Assembly: GCA_022353185.1 (NCBI GenBank)
Contig: JAKRWB010000159.1
Span: forward strand, 1 to 39,734
DNA length: 39,734 bases
Reading direction: 5' to 3'
From: ANME-2 cluster archaeon
GTDB lineage: Archaea > Halobacteriota > Methanosarcinia > Methanosarcinales > Methanocomedenaceae
The number at the start of each line of letters is the position of its first letter. The first letter of the stretch is position 1. A program made the position numbers and the translations under genes. This document shows positions 1 through 8,472 of the stretch, one piece after another. Below the pieces are notes generated by a model that saw only the letters and a program-made list of their open reading frames with translations, was not told the origin of the DNA and did no database searches.

Positions 1-1454
1 TTTTCGTTCTCAAGCACCTTCAACTGCAAACTCAGCTTCGTAACCTCAACCGCCTGCGAGTCAATATCAACACCGTAGATATTGTTCAGAAGAATCCTCT
101 TCTTCTCAGCCGTTGTCAGATACCATTCGTTCTCCCTGACCTGAAAAACCGCTTTCTTATACTTCTTTGGCTTGTTCTCCATGTACCAGTCCAGATGATA
201 CTGTAAGAGATACGAATATGCACCAATAAGAAAACTTCCGGAGCCGCATGCAGGGTCCAGTATCGTTATCTCTGCAATCTTTTCCGGCGTCTTCCCCTCC
301 ACCAGTTTACCAACCGTGTTTTTGACAATATAATCAACAATATACTGGGGCGTATAATACACGCCACCGGCTTTTTTAACATCTGGCTTTGTTTCCACCT
401 TTGCCTGATGTCCCGCAGTCAGCCTGATGACCTTACCCAGAAACTGCTCGTACACGTTGCCCAGGATCTCAACGCCGAGAACTGAGAACTCATACGGCGA
501 TATTGGATAATACAGACTCCCTATAATCGTTTTCAAGACTTTATCATCAATTCTCAACGTTGGCGTAATTTTATCATAGTCAAAATCAAATATGCCGCTG
601 TTGTATTTGGATTCTGCGAGTTTGAAATGATTCAGCAAGCGTATGTAAACGTCGGTGGATTCGGCTGCTGGCTGCAACTGACCATAAGGTTCGATCCCCC
701 GGTCTTCGCAAATCCGCAGGAATATGATCCTGTCTATTATCTTCTGCACTGCGTAGTTCAACTCGTAGATAGACACATCCGGATTACGAAGAGCAATGTT
801 TTTAGCCAGCAGTTCACGCCAGCTCTCAATCTCCTTTAGAAATTCACTATCAACTTCGGCTGTGCCCCTCTTGCCTTTCGTTGATTGTACATGCCGGTCA
901 AAGCTTCCTTTGAAGATCGCTTCTTTTGAAAAAATATCGTATATCTCATCAAACTTATCGAGATATTCTTCAAACGTGTAATAGGCAATCCTCCCCACGC
1001 TGACTTTGTCTGTTTGATTGGGTTTGATTCGGCAATCGAAAACAGAGAACTCCTCGAAATCTGTTACGATAGACAATGGCAGTTTTGCACTCCATGCATA
1101 TCGCCTCAACTGGTATGATGGGCTGACGTCATCTTTTACGTTCACAGAAGGTTTCTTCGCTTCAACAAAGAACTTCCTTTGACCACCAATCCTAAAACTG
1201 TAATCCGGCGCTTTGGTCGAACCCCCTATTTTTATCGCATCCTCGTGAACAACATCTTTGTATTGCTCTGCATGATCCTGTTTATTGCCGACATCCCATC
1301 CCATAGCTTCAAAGAAGGGGTCAATGAATTCTATTCTCACCTGTGTTTCATTATATGCCGATTTTTTATAAACGTCAAAGTTATACCTGAACCGTTCAAC
1401 AAGCTTTTTGATATTTTGCTTTGCTTCTTCTTTTATTTCATCTTTGGACATCAT
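1..1454 (-). CDS. Type IIG restriction-modification enzyme, N-terminal ~484 aa (PD-(D/E)xK endonuclease domain fused to gamma-class N6-adenine DNA methyltransferase); C-terminus lies beyond the window edge
   Basis: This ORF is not in the track because it is open to the window edge. Manual translation of the minus strand from ATG at 1454 gives MMSKDEIKEEAKQNIKKLVERF... The nuclease motif is APDYSF...FFVEAKKPS. It then reads GGVYYTPQYIVDYIV and the SAM motif I ILDPACGSGSFLIGA, ending LLNNIYGVDIDSQAVEVTKLSLQLKVLENE at base 1. The NPPY motif would lie outside the window. Confidence 0.85.
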   Translation of the reverse strand, partial: MMSKDEIKEEAKQNIKKLVERFRYNFDVYKKSAYNETQVRIEFIDPFFEAMGWDVGNKQDHAEQYKDVVHEDAIKIGGSTKAPDYSFRIGGQRKFFVEAKKPSVNVKDDVSPSYQLRRYAWSAKLPLSIVTDFEEFSVFDCRIKPNQTDKVSVGRIAYYTFEEYLDKFDEIYDIFSKEAIFKGSFDRHVQSTKGKRGTAEVDSEFLKEIESWRELLAKNIALRNPDVSIYELNYAVQKIIDRIIFLRICEDRGIEPYGQLQPAAESTDVYIRLLNHFKLAESKYNSGIFDFDYDKITPTLRIDDKVLKTIIGSLYYPISPYEFSVLGVEILGNVYEQFLGKVIRLTAGHQAKVETKPDVKKAGGVYYTPQYIVDYIVKNTVGKLVEGKTPEKIAEITILDPACGSGSFLIGAYSYLLQYHLDWYMENKPKKYKKAVFQVRENEWYLTTAEKKRILLNNIYGVDIDSQAVEVTKLSLQLKVLENE

Positions 1455-1558
1455 AGTGGACTATTAGTGGACTATGTAAGATACACTTAATTATATTTAC
1501 TATAATTTTGCGAGTGTATTTCTTAGGTCGGATTGGGCGCAAGGTCGTATGGAGTTTT

Positions 1559-1908
1559 GTGGGGCGGGCGGCTGCCCTCTGCCTGGCTGTATGCGCTGAA
1601 CAGGGGCTGGCCTTCGAGGATATCCGAGACTTTTTAATTTCTTCTGATCTTTTGAACAATAAAGAACCGCAGATACACGCAGATGAACGCAGATTTCGCA
1701 TGCAGTATCCGCGTTTATCTGCGTTCATCTGCGGTTAATAGAACTGATTAATAAGTGTAACCAGAAAATAATAAAAAGTCTCGGATATCCGGGCCTTGGC
1801 AGATCTGCTGGTAAGAGCTCCGGCCGAATTCCAAAGGCTGCCAAGTCTCAAACTGCGTGCTGCTGGTCCGGCCTTCGGTTGATCGGAGGGCTGCCGGCGA
1901 GTGGGGAG
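1559..1908 (+). repeat. GC-rich ~180-nt repeat family, copy A (split by a 156-bp insertion at 1627-1782)
   Basis: After the insertion is removed, it aligns by eye with 3066-3242 and 2667-2810. Shared blocks are GGGCTGCCCTC, ATGCGCTG, CAGGGGCTGGCCTT, GGATATCCGGG, CTCCGGCCG, GTGCTGC and GTCCGGCCTTCGGTTGAT. Confidence 0.8.
1627..1782. mobile_element. MITE-like 156-bp insertion nested in repeat copy A, with an internal perfect 17-bp hairpin
   Basis: It is absent from copy C at the homologous point. It is flanked by GGATATCCG at 1618-1626 and 1783-1791. A 19-nt inverted repeat, GGATATCCGAGACTTTTTA (1618-1636) / TAAAAAGTCTCGGATATCC (1772-1790), spans the ends. The internal inverted repeat is CGCAGATGAACGCAGAT (1678-1694) / ATCTGCGTTCATCTGCG (1717-1733). 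Confidence 0.6.
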
Positions 1909-2119
1909 CAGCTGAAAAAAATACAGACCTCGTTACAATTCGAGGCAGTCTGACAATTAGAGCCAGCAATAAGATTTTTTCGTATTTTTTGATTTAAAAC
2001 CCCAATTCCTCTTCTTTTCACTGAAATTTTGAATTGCTGGACAGACTCCAATTTGTGAGGGGGAAACCATAATTTAAAGAAGTGACGAGTTTATTAACAA
2101 AGTTGGAAGTGTATATGCT

Positions 2120-2584
2120 ATGACTGAAGAAAGTGAAGATTTGGTGGCATATTGCGGTTTGTACTGTGGAGATTGTCATGGGTATACTGGCCGTGTAGCT
2201 GATTTGGCCAGGGACCTGAGGAAGGAGCTCAGGCAGACACAGTATGATTTATTTGCAAAAGAAATGGCCAGCTCTCCCTATGGTAAAAGCTACAAACATT
2301 ATGATGAATGCTATGAGGTCTTGGGCCAGATGGTTAAATTCCGGTGTAAAAGAGGCTGCCGAAAAGGCGGAGGCAACCCATCCTGTAAAATAAGAAGGTG
2401 TGTTCAGAAAAAAGAACTGGACGGTTGCTGGGAATGTTCGGAATTTGAAACTTGTATTAAACTAGACTCCCTCAAACCAGTCCACGGAGATGCCCACAAG
2501 AAAAACCTAAGGCGGCTTAAGAAAGGCAGTAAAAACGAATTCATAGTTGGAAAACACGACTGGTACACCAAAGCTAAGGAATAA
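2120..2584 (+). CDS. Cys-rich DUF3795-like protein
   Basis: The 154-aa ORF has an N-terminal AYCGLYCGDCHGY motif and further Cys clusters (CKRGCRKGGGNPSCKIRRC, CWECSEFETC), as remembered for the DUF3795 family. Its codon usage looks like the rest of the genome. Confidence 0.7.
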   Translation: MTEESEDLVAYCGLYCGDCHGYTGRVADLARDLRKELRQTQYDLFAKEMASSPYGKSYKHYDECYEVLGQMVKFRCKRGCRKGGGNPSCKIRRCVQKKELDGCWECSEFETCIKLDSLKPVHGDAHKKNLRRLKKGSKNEFIVGKHDWYTKAKE

Positions 2585-2666
2585 CACACATCCAACAAAA
2601 GGAAGGAAAACTCATTGCCGTCTTGAGAACAGGTAGAAAAAAGGCAAACATACCAAGCTAAGGTTA

Positions 2667-2810
2667 GGGCGGGCTGCCCTCTGTTTGGTTGTTGCGCTGA
2701 TAAAGAGCTGGCCTTTGTGGATATTCTTGGCAGGTCTGTCTAACAGGAGCTTCGATAGGAGCCCAGGACGGATATTGGGGCTATCAGGCTTCAAGCTGCA
2801 TGCTGCTGGT
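2667..2810 (+). repeat. GC-rich repeat family, copy B (more diverged, 3'-truncated)
   Basis: It contains GGGCGGGCTGCCCTCTG..TTGCGCTGATAAAGAGCTGGCCTTTGTGGATAT...CAGGCTTCAAGCTGCATGCTGCTGG, in the same order and orientation as copies A and C. Confidence 0.65.
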
Positions 2811-3065
2811 GGGTGGGGGGCGGTAATTTCGAAATGGTGTCATCATCACCATGACAATTATTATAGAATTATTAATATAATTTCCAGTGGAAATAAAGGG
2901 CTACTCAGGTTATATAATTAGTTATCTTGCAATATTTTTACACAAAACCCTATACATACACAGCCATTTACCCAAGCGCCGATCAGCCGGATACTAAGGA
3001 CTTACTACATCTGGGGGGATATCCAAGACGGCCAGACAGCTTCCAGCGCTGGTAGAGCTGCGGTG

Positions 3066-3242
3066 TGGGAGGGGCTGCCCTCAGCTTGGTAGTATGCGCT
3101 GTTCAGGGGCTGGCTTTTGGGATTATCCGGGTCCCGGCATATCTGCCCGGCAGGACTCCGGCCGGATACCGAAACTGGCAGGCTTCAATGTATGTGCTGC
3201 AAGTCCGGCCTTCGGTTGATTAAGGGGTTGTCGGCGGGCGAC
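3066..3242 (+). repeat. GC-rich repeat family, copy C (uninterrupted)
   Basis: It aligns by eye to copy A over its whole length and shows the uninterrupted GGATTATCCGGG junction where copy A carries the insertion. Confidence 0.8.
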
Positions 3243-3290
3243 GTAAGTCCCAAAACTAATTTGCTTTATATAAAAACCAAACAATATTGA

Positions 3291-3965
3291 CTAATCCTCG
3301 ATCACATACTCGAACAACAACTGTGCAGCAATAAAGAATACCACATCATACACCAGCAGCAGCCTTATTTCATCAATTGCATCCATAATATTACCACTTG
3401 TCAGGACCTTCTGGGTCGCAAGCACGGCTGACATGATAAGCGGTATGATAATAGGGAACAGGATGACAGGCAGCAGTATCTCCCTTGTCCTCATGTTCAC
3501 GGTCAGGGCTGAGAACAAAGTTCCTACCAGTATAAAGCCCAGGGTGCCCAGAAAAATCACAATGGCCAGCCCGGCCAGGCTCTTGATATCAGTGAAATTG
3601 AACAGTATCATGAACAGAGGCACGATGATGATCTCTATCATGAACATTATGACAAGGTTCGAGGTCACCTTTCCCATATAGATAGCACCCGGGTCAACCG
3701 GACACAGTCTCAATCCATCAAGGCAACCGTCCTCTTTTTCACTGGCAAAAGAACGTGAGAGACCCAGCATCCCTGCAAAAGTGAAAGCTATCCACAATAT
3801 GCCAGGGGCAATGTCAGAAACCTCAATGCTGAACAGCACATTCGTGAAGGAATAGTTGAATATTACAATCACCAGGAGTGAAAATATAATCATGCTGTTT
3901 AGCATCTGCTTGGTCCTGAACTCCATCAACAGGTCTTTCCAGGCAAGGTACAGGAACTCCTTCAT
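3291..3965 (-). CDS. ccmB: ABC transporter permease, CcmB (heme exporter B)-like
   Basis: The 224-aa ORF has six hydrophobic segments. The N-terminus LAWKDLLMEFRTKQMLNSM resembles the CcmB family. It lies 3 nt downstream of an ABC ATPase gene. Confidence 0.7.
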   Translation of the reverse strand: MKEFLYLAWKDLLMEFRTKQMLNSMIIFSLLVIVIFNYSFTNVLFSIEVSDIAPGILWIAFTFAGMLGLSRSFASEKEDGCLDGLRLCPVDPGAIYMGKVTSNLVIMFMIEIIIVPLFMILFNFTDIKSLAGLAIVIFLGTLGFILVGTLFSALTVNMRTREILLPVILFPIIIPLIMSAVLATQKVLTSGNIMDAIDEIRLLLVYDVVFFIAAQLLFEYVIED

Positions 3966-3968
3966 ATC

Positions 3969-4679
3969 TCACACCTCGTGAACATAATGTTCATACGTCT
4001 GCCGAAATTCATGGATATCCTTGATGGCGTCTTTTTCGGTCTCGAATACGATACGGCCGCCAAACAGGATCACGACTTTATCTGCCAGTGCTATGCCCCT
4101 CTCAAGGTCGTGGGATACCATGACCTGGGTTTTATCTGATACATCCAGTTCTTTAAGTAGAGTATCGAATGTAGCAGCAGCGTGCTGGTCAAGGCCCGTA
4201 TATGGCTCATCCAGGAACAATATCTTAGGGTCGTGCAATATGGCACGAGCAATGCTCAGGCGCTGTTTCATGCCCCTGCTGAACGTACCCACCCTGTCGT
4301 CCAGCCGGTACTGCAACCCCACTTCCTCGACCAATTCATGTATCCTGGCCTCCAGTGTATCCGCTTTCATACCGTACATCCTGCCAAAGAACTGCAGGTT
4401 CTCCCTGGCAGTGAGGTCCTGGTACAGGTAGGTTTCATGGGATATGATACCAATAAGCCGCCTGACTTCCAGTGGAGATTCCCGAACATCATGCTCGTGT
4501 ACCCTGACAGTCCCTGAAGTAGGGCTTACCAGCGTGGACATTATCTTGACCAGGGTGGTCTTGCCTGCACCGTTGGGACCAAAGATGGTAAGGAAATCCC
4601 CGGTTGGTATTTCCAGGTTGATATCATTGAGAACATCGTGGTTTCCGAAAGTTTTGGAAAGATGTTTTATTGAGATAAT
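3969..4679 (-). CDS. ccmA: ABC transporter ATP-binding protein, CcmA-like; 5' end extended beyond the track ORF to a probable ATT start
   Basis: The track ORF (from 4541) starts after the Walker A motif. The upstream in-frame translation is IISIKHLSKTFGNHDVLNDINLEIPTGDFLTIFGPNGAGKTTLVKIM. The signature FSRGMKQRLSIA and Walker B ILFLDEP are present. The frame is closed by TAG at 4694-4692. Confidence 0.8.
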   Translation of the reverse strand: MISIKHLSKTFGNHDVLNDINLEIPTGDFLTIFGPNGAGKTTLVKIMSTLVSPTSGTVRVHEHDVRESPLEVRRLIGIISHETYLYQDLTARENLQFFGRMYGMKADTLEARIHELVEEVGLQYRLDDRVGTFSRGMKQRLSIARAILHDPKILFLDEPYTGLDQHAAATFDTLLKELDVSDKTQVMVSHDLERGIALADKVVILFGGRIVFETEKDAIKDIHEFRQTYEHYVHEV

Positions 4680-4740
4680 GGCTAATTGCTCCTATCAATA
4701 CTGTGTACTATGGGAAAAATATACTTAACGTCTACTTTTT

Positions 4741-5553
4741 TTATGTTCCGATTTGCAAGGGGCTGGCTATCTTCTTGAGAGTGGCTACCGCCGAAAGGGC
4801 CGCCAGGTAACTGGTCCTTGGGTTTTCAGGGAATGGAATGTTCTCCACCTCGGTGGTAAACCTGCCAAAGTCCCCTATCACCTCAATCTCATGCCGGTTC
4901 CGGGTCGAGCCAGGGTCCACCACTATTTTCACCCTGGTCTTATCCACTCCAATACCTGCCAGGCTGATGCATGCGGCCACATTTACGTTGGCAGGGAATG
5001 CCTTTACCGCCTCGATCGCTGTTCCATCGAATATGACCTCTGGTTTGTCAAAAGCGTCCAGGTCAATCTTGTTAGCTATCACATAAGGGGCTCCGGCCAA
5101 TCCCCTTGGTGGTTTGGTAGTGGTCAATGTCACTGAGTGGATTGGTGCTGATGCTGCAGATTTGATGCCATCAATACCCGCGACTGCACCCGATGGCAGG
5201 TATATTTTACAATTGTGCTTGCGGGCCAGATTAACAAGATTCTCAAGGAGTTGCCCGTCGACCAGGGCACCGACACTCATTATCATCACGTCGCAGCCAT
5301 TTTCCAATGCAGCAATGGCGGCCTGGGGAACAGCAACTGCAGAGGCAGACTCCACAACCAGGTCTACCTCTTTCACCATCTCGCTTATTTTCATCAATTT
5401 AGGTTTACACGACAGTTCGGCACAAAGTGATTTTATGTTTTCAATATGGTGCTCGTGAATGGCAACCAATTTAGCACCTTCAATGTCCTTATCCAGTGCA
5501 CGGCAAATAATTGAACCAATGGCACCGCACCCAACTACTCCTACCCTGAGCAT
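4741..5553 (-). CDS. nadX: L-aspartate dehydrogenase
   Basis: The 270-aa ORF has an N-terminal Rossmann motif VGVVGCGAIGS. Its length and C-terminal pattern (NVAACISLAGIG...HEIEV.G) are typical of NadX. Confidence 0.8.
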   Translation of the reverse strand: MLRVGVVGCGAIGSIICRALDKDIEGAKLVAIHEHHIENIKSLCAELSCKPKLMKISEMVKEVDLVVESASAVAVPQAAIAALENGCDVMIMSVGALVDGQLLENLVNLARKHNCKIYLPSGAVAGIDGIKSAASAPIHSVTLTTTKPPRGLAGAPYVIANKIDLDAFDKPEVIFDGTAIEAVKAFPANVNVAACISLAGIGVDKTRVKIVVDPGSTRNRHEIEVIGDFGRFTTEVENIPFPENPRTSYLAALSAVATLKKIASPLQIGT

Positions 5554-5590
5554 AACAACATCCCCATCATGAAACTAACTTTCATAGATC

Positions 5591-5914
5591 CTAATAATTA
5601 TCCAGTACACCCTTTACTATGTCTTTAAAGTCATCCTTCAAAGAATAATGGTTGTGCTCCCTTGTCACATCTATTCGCAAAATACCAAGCCGGGTGTTCA
5701 TCAATCCTACCATTGCTGATACACCGCGATAGTTCACGTCAAATCCATGTTGTACCAGATTATTGTAGATGTTGTTGGTGGTATAGATATCACCGTTCAG
5801 GAACATCTTGAGGACAGTCTTGCGCAGATTGGTCTCATCCCTGCGCAGATATTTTAATAACCTTTCTTTCACTTGATCTGTTGTTTGGTTCAGAGTTAAC
5901 CACCAATTAATCAT
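5591..5914 (-). CDS. Small conserved hypothetical protein (possible winged-helix fold)
   Basis: The 107-aa ORF has a plausible composition and nothing competes with it on the opposite strand. I am not confident of any family assignment. Confidence 0.5.
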   Translation of the reverse strand: MINWWLTLNQTTDQVKERLLKYLRRDETNLRKTVLKMFLNGDIYTTNNIYNNLVQHGFDVNYRGVSAMVGLMNTRLGILRIDVTREHNHYSLKDDFKDIVKGVLDNY

Positions 5915-5970
5915 TATTGTATTAGAATTAAGGATAAATATGTTCTTTTATAAGTAAATAAAAGTTGGCG

Positions 5971-7038
5971 TTAAACATTGAAAGCATCTGCATTATCAAT
6001 TGGTATCCTCTCAACTACCATACGACCATATGTGGGATAGCATTCCTCATACCACGCTTCAAAAACGCTACCAATTTCCTCTGCAATATCCTCAAGCACC
6101 CACCAACCCAGTTCTACCCTGCCACGGGTGCATTCATACATATTCCCGGGTACATCCAGCTGCTCCAGAAGACCGGTGATGCCTCCAACCTCTCCTTCCA
6201 CTACTCCGTATAGCAAAGTACCATCGGGCGTGACCTCATCAAATTCACGAGCCGTGTTTTGGGCGGTGCGAAGCAGTCTTTTGCGTAATTGTACTCCGTC
6301 CTTGAAACTGGATGAACAAAAATTCGCATGCAACCCGGCGCACCTTTCCATGATGGCCTCTGCTGTTTCCCTGCTGCCTGCAACGGCACAGCCATCATTG
6401 TTTAGGGTGGAAAATCCATGTTGTTTCATTGCCTGTGAATTGGTCTGTGAGAACTCCAATTCGTTAAGGTTAAGAAATATGCCATGTTCCAGGGCAAAAT
6501 CAGCCACTTGCTGCGCCCTGGGGAGGGAAGGAATTTCAATACCCACATCCAGACCCACTGTTTTAGCCTCTTCAATGGATGTGGCAAGGTCGCTATAATC
6601 AAGTCGGTCCCAGGTATCCATGTCAGGATGAAAACGTATCTCGTCAAGTCCGGCTGAGTGTAGTTGTTCCAGTATTTCCATGATTGGGGTACTGGCAGTG
6701 TAGAGATGTATGTGGTGTTCAGGTCCGAATTCATCTTTCAGCAGCCTGATGTATCCCAGCACCCTCTCCAGCACTAACAGAGGTTCGCCTCCGGTTATCC
6801 CTGTGCCCAGGGCTTGCATGTTGTGCGCTTCACAGAGTATATCCTGGTCTGACAACACTGGCCTCTCATTGGCAAAGGTTACATCGTTTTTTTGCTTTTC
6901 CTCTGATACCGGGCAGTAGAAACAATCACGATGGCACAATCCGGTTACGAACAGTACCATTTTTGCACCATCCCGGCAGAATTTACAGCCGGGGCCCAGG
7001 TAGTTGTAGAATGAACCGGACTCAGTTTCATATTTCAT
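5971..7038 (-). CDS. Radical SAM protein (pyruvate formate-lyase-activase-related, COG2108-like)
   Basis: The 355-aa ORF carries the CxxxCxxC cluster CHRDCFYC near the N-terminus, followed by GGEPLL. Confidence 0.8.
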   Translation of the reverse strand: MKYETESGSFYNYLGPGCKFCRDGAKMVLFVTGLCHRDCFYCPVSEEKQKNDVTFANERPVLSDQDILCEAHNMQALGTGITGGEPLLVLERVLGYIRLLKDEFGPEHHIHLYTASTPIMEILEQLHSAGLDEIRFHPDMDTWDRLDYSDLATSIEEAKTVGLDVGIEIPSLPRAQQVADFALEHGIFLNLNELEFSQTNSQAMKQHGFSTLNNDGCAVAGSRETAEAIMERCAGLHANFCSSSFKDGVQLRKRLLRTAQNTAREFDEVTPDGTLLYGVVEGEVGGITGLLEQLDVPGNMYECTRGRVELGWWVLEDIAEEIGSVFEAWYEECYPTYGRMVVERIPIDNADAFNV

Positions 7039-7165
7039 GTTAACCCCCTATATGTTTTCATAAATATTATATCTATGAGGTAACACAAAGAATCATTGAA
7101 GTAACTGGAAGGTGTCAATACATCGTGAACAAAAGAGGATTTGAAATTTTCATCAAGGATTTGCA

Positions 7166-8218
7166 ATGGTATTAGTTATGAATTTGAAAAAGATTTTACT
7201 TGTATTGTTTACAATGGTGCTGATATTCGCAGCACTCACCCACGCAACCTCTGAGTCCATTCCTGCAAATATCTGGGAGTTCACAACAGATTATTATGAC
7301 GTGATAGGTGAGCCTGGGTTATCAGCATCGTTAGTTGGTGATAACGAATATGACGCGGGTGATTCGGCCACTTTGTTCATCCAGTTGATGAATGATGGAC
7401 TTGTCTTTGGATTCAAGACCGAAAAAACTCCTTCCAATGCCGATGAAGCAATAGATGCCCAAACCGAACTGGACAAAGAGTATGATGTGACCACTGCCCT
7501 GAATATCAGGGGAACACTGGAAAACGATAATGATGCACCCATAAAAATCCTGAGTGGGGTTCAGCAGGGCGGGTCACTGCGAGAAGGTGAGGTCTCCGCA
7601 CCTATGGAGTTCGATATTGAGATTTTTGATAATGCTCCTTCAGGTACCTACGAATTTACATTGAACCTGACATACCAGTACCAGTACGATGTCAAAGTAG
7701 ATGGCTACCCTGACCAGGAATATGATTACTGGTACATTACCAAGAACCAGACTTTACCTGTGACGATAATAGTGAAACCTAAGGCATCTTTTGAGGTAGA
7801 GGATGTCATTGCCAATACAAAGCCCGGTGACCAGACTGTGCTCTACATAACCTATAAAAATGTAGGGGATGAAACTGCAGAGGATGTGGTGGGCCGTATC
7901 AGTGTGGTTGACCCATTCAGCACTACTGATGACCAGGCATACATAGGCACACTGGCACCTGGAGATTCATACCAGGCAAAGTACAGGATAAAAGTAGATG
8001 CAAATGCACTCCCCAAGACCTATGGAATCAATACTGAAGTGAAATTCCGTGATGAACGGGGCGATATTCAGATATCGGATGTCATGAAGGCGCCTGTCAA
8101 GGTCTATGAGGATATACCATTTAGCGAAAAGGTGGGGAACAGCGCGTATATGTTAGTGGTGCTTGTGATTGCAGGTGCATTGGGACTGTATTACTATAAG
8201 AGACGGGGCCGTACGTAA
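7166..8218 (+). CDS. Secreted or cell-surface protein with N-terminal signal peptide and C-terminal transmembrane anchor
   Basis: The 350-aa ORF has a hydrophobic N-terminus (KKILLVLFTMVLIFAALTHA), an acidic beta-rich body, and a C-terminal hydrophobic helix followed by KRRGRT. This is an S-layer-domain-like (COG1361-type) architecture. Confidence 0.7.
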   Translation: MVLVMNLKKILLVLFTMVLIFAALTHATSESIPANIWEFTTDYYDVIGEPGLSASLVGDNEYDAGDSATLFIQLMNDGLVFGFKTEKTPSNADEAIDAQTELDKEYDVTTALNIRGTLENDNDAPIKILSGVQQGGSLREGEVSAPMEFDIEIFDNAPSGTYEFTLNLTYQYQYDVKVDGYPDQEYDYWYITKNQTLPVTIIVKPKASFEVEDVIANTKPGDQTVLYITYKNVGDETAEDVVGRISVVDPFSTTDDQAYIGTLAPGDSYQAKYRIKVDANALPKTYGINTEVKFRDERGDIQISDVMKAPVKVYEDIPFSEKVGNSAYMLVVLVIAGALGLYYYKRRGRT

Positions 8219-8472
8219 TAGGTATAACCTTAAATCGGCCATATGCTGAAGGACAATGCGCCCTTATTCTTGAACTCCGTTTTATTGGTGTTATCACTGC
8301 TTTTCACACACTTCTGAGGCTGCAAGAACATAACAATATTATGTTCGAGGGGGCGGCTGGTGAGCGGACACGGGCGTTTATTGAGGGGGAGATGGTATGT
8401 TGATGGGTCTGACTATCCTAAAACAATATCAAAAAATATAATAATCCATATCAACATTATATTTTTATACCT

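Noticed and set aside
688-698. GGTTCGATCCC, a tRNA T-arm-like string.
   Set aside because: It lies inside the type IIG enzyme coding sequence. No acceptor, D or anticodon stems can be drawn around it.
1438-2051. Short ORFs 1438-1728, 1508-1738, 1748-1969 and 1848-2051, and similar ORFs at 2612-2921.
   Set aside because: They lie across the GC-rich repeats and the hairpin element in inconsistent frames between copies. The conservation is at the nucleotide level, not the protein level.
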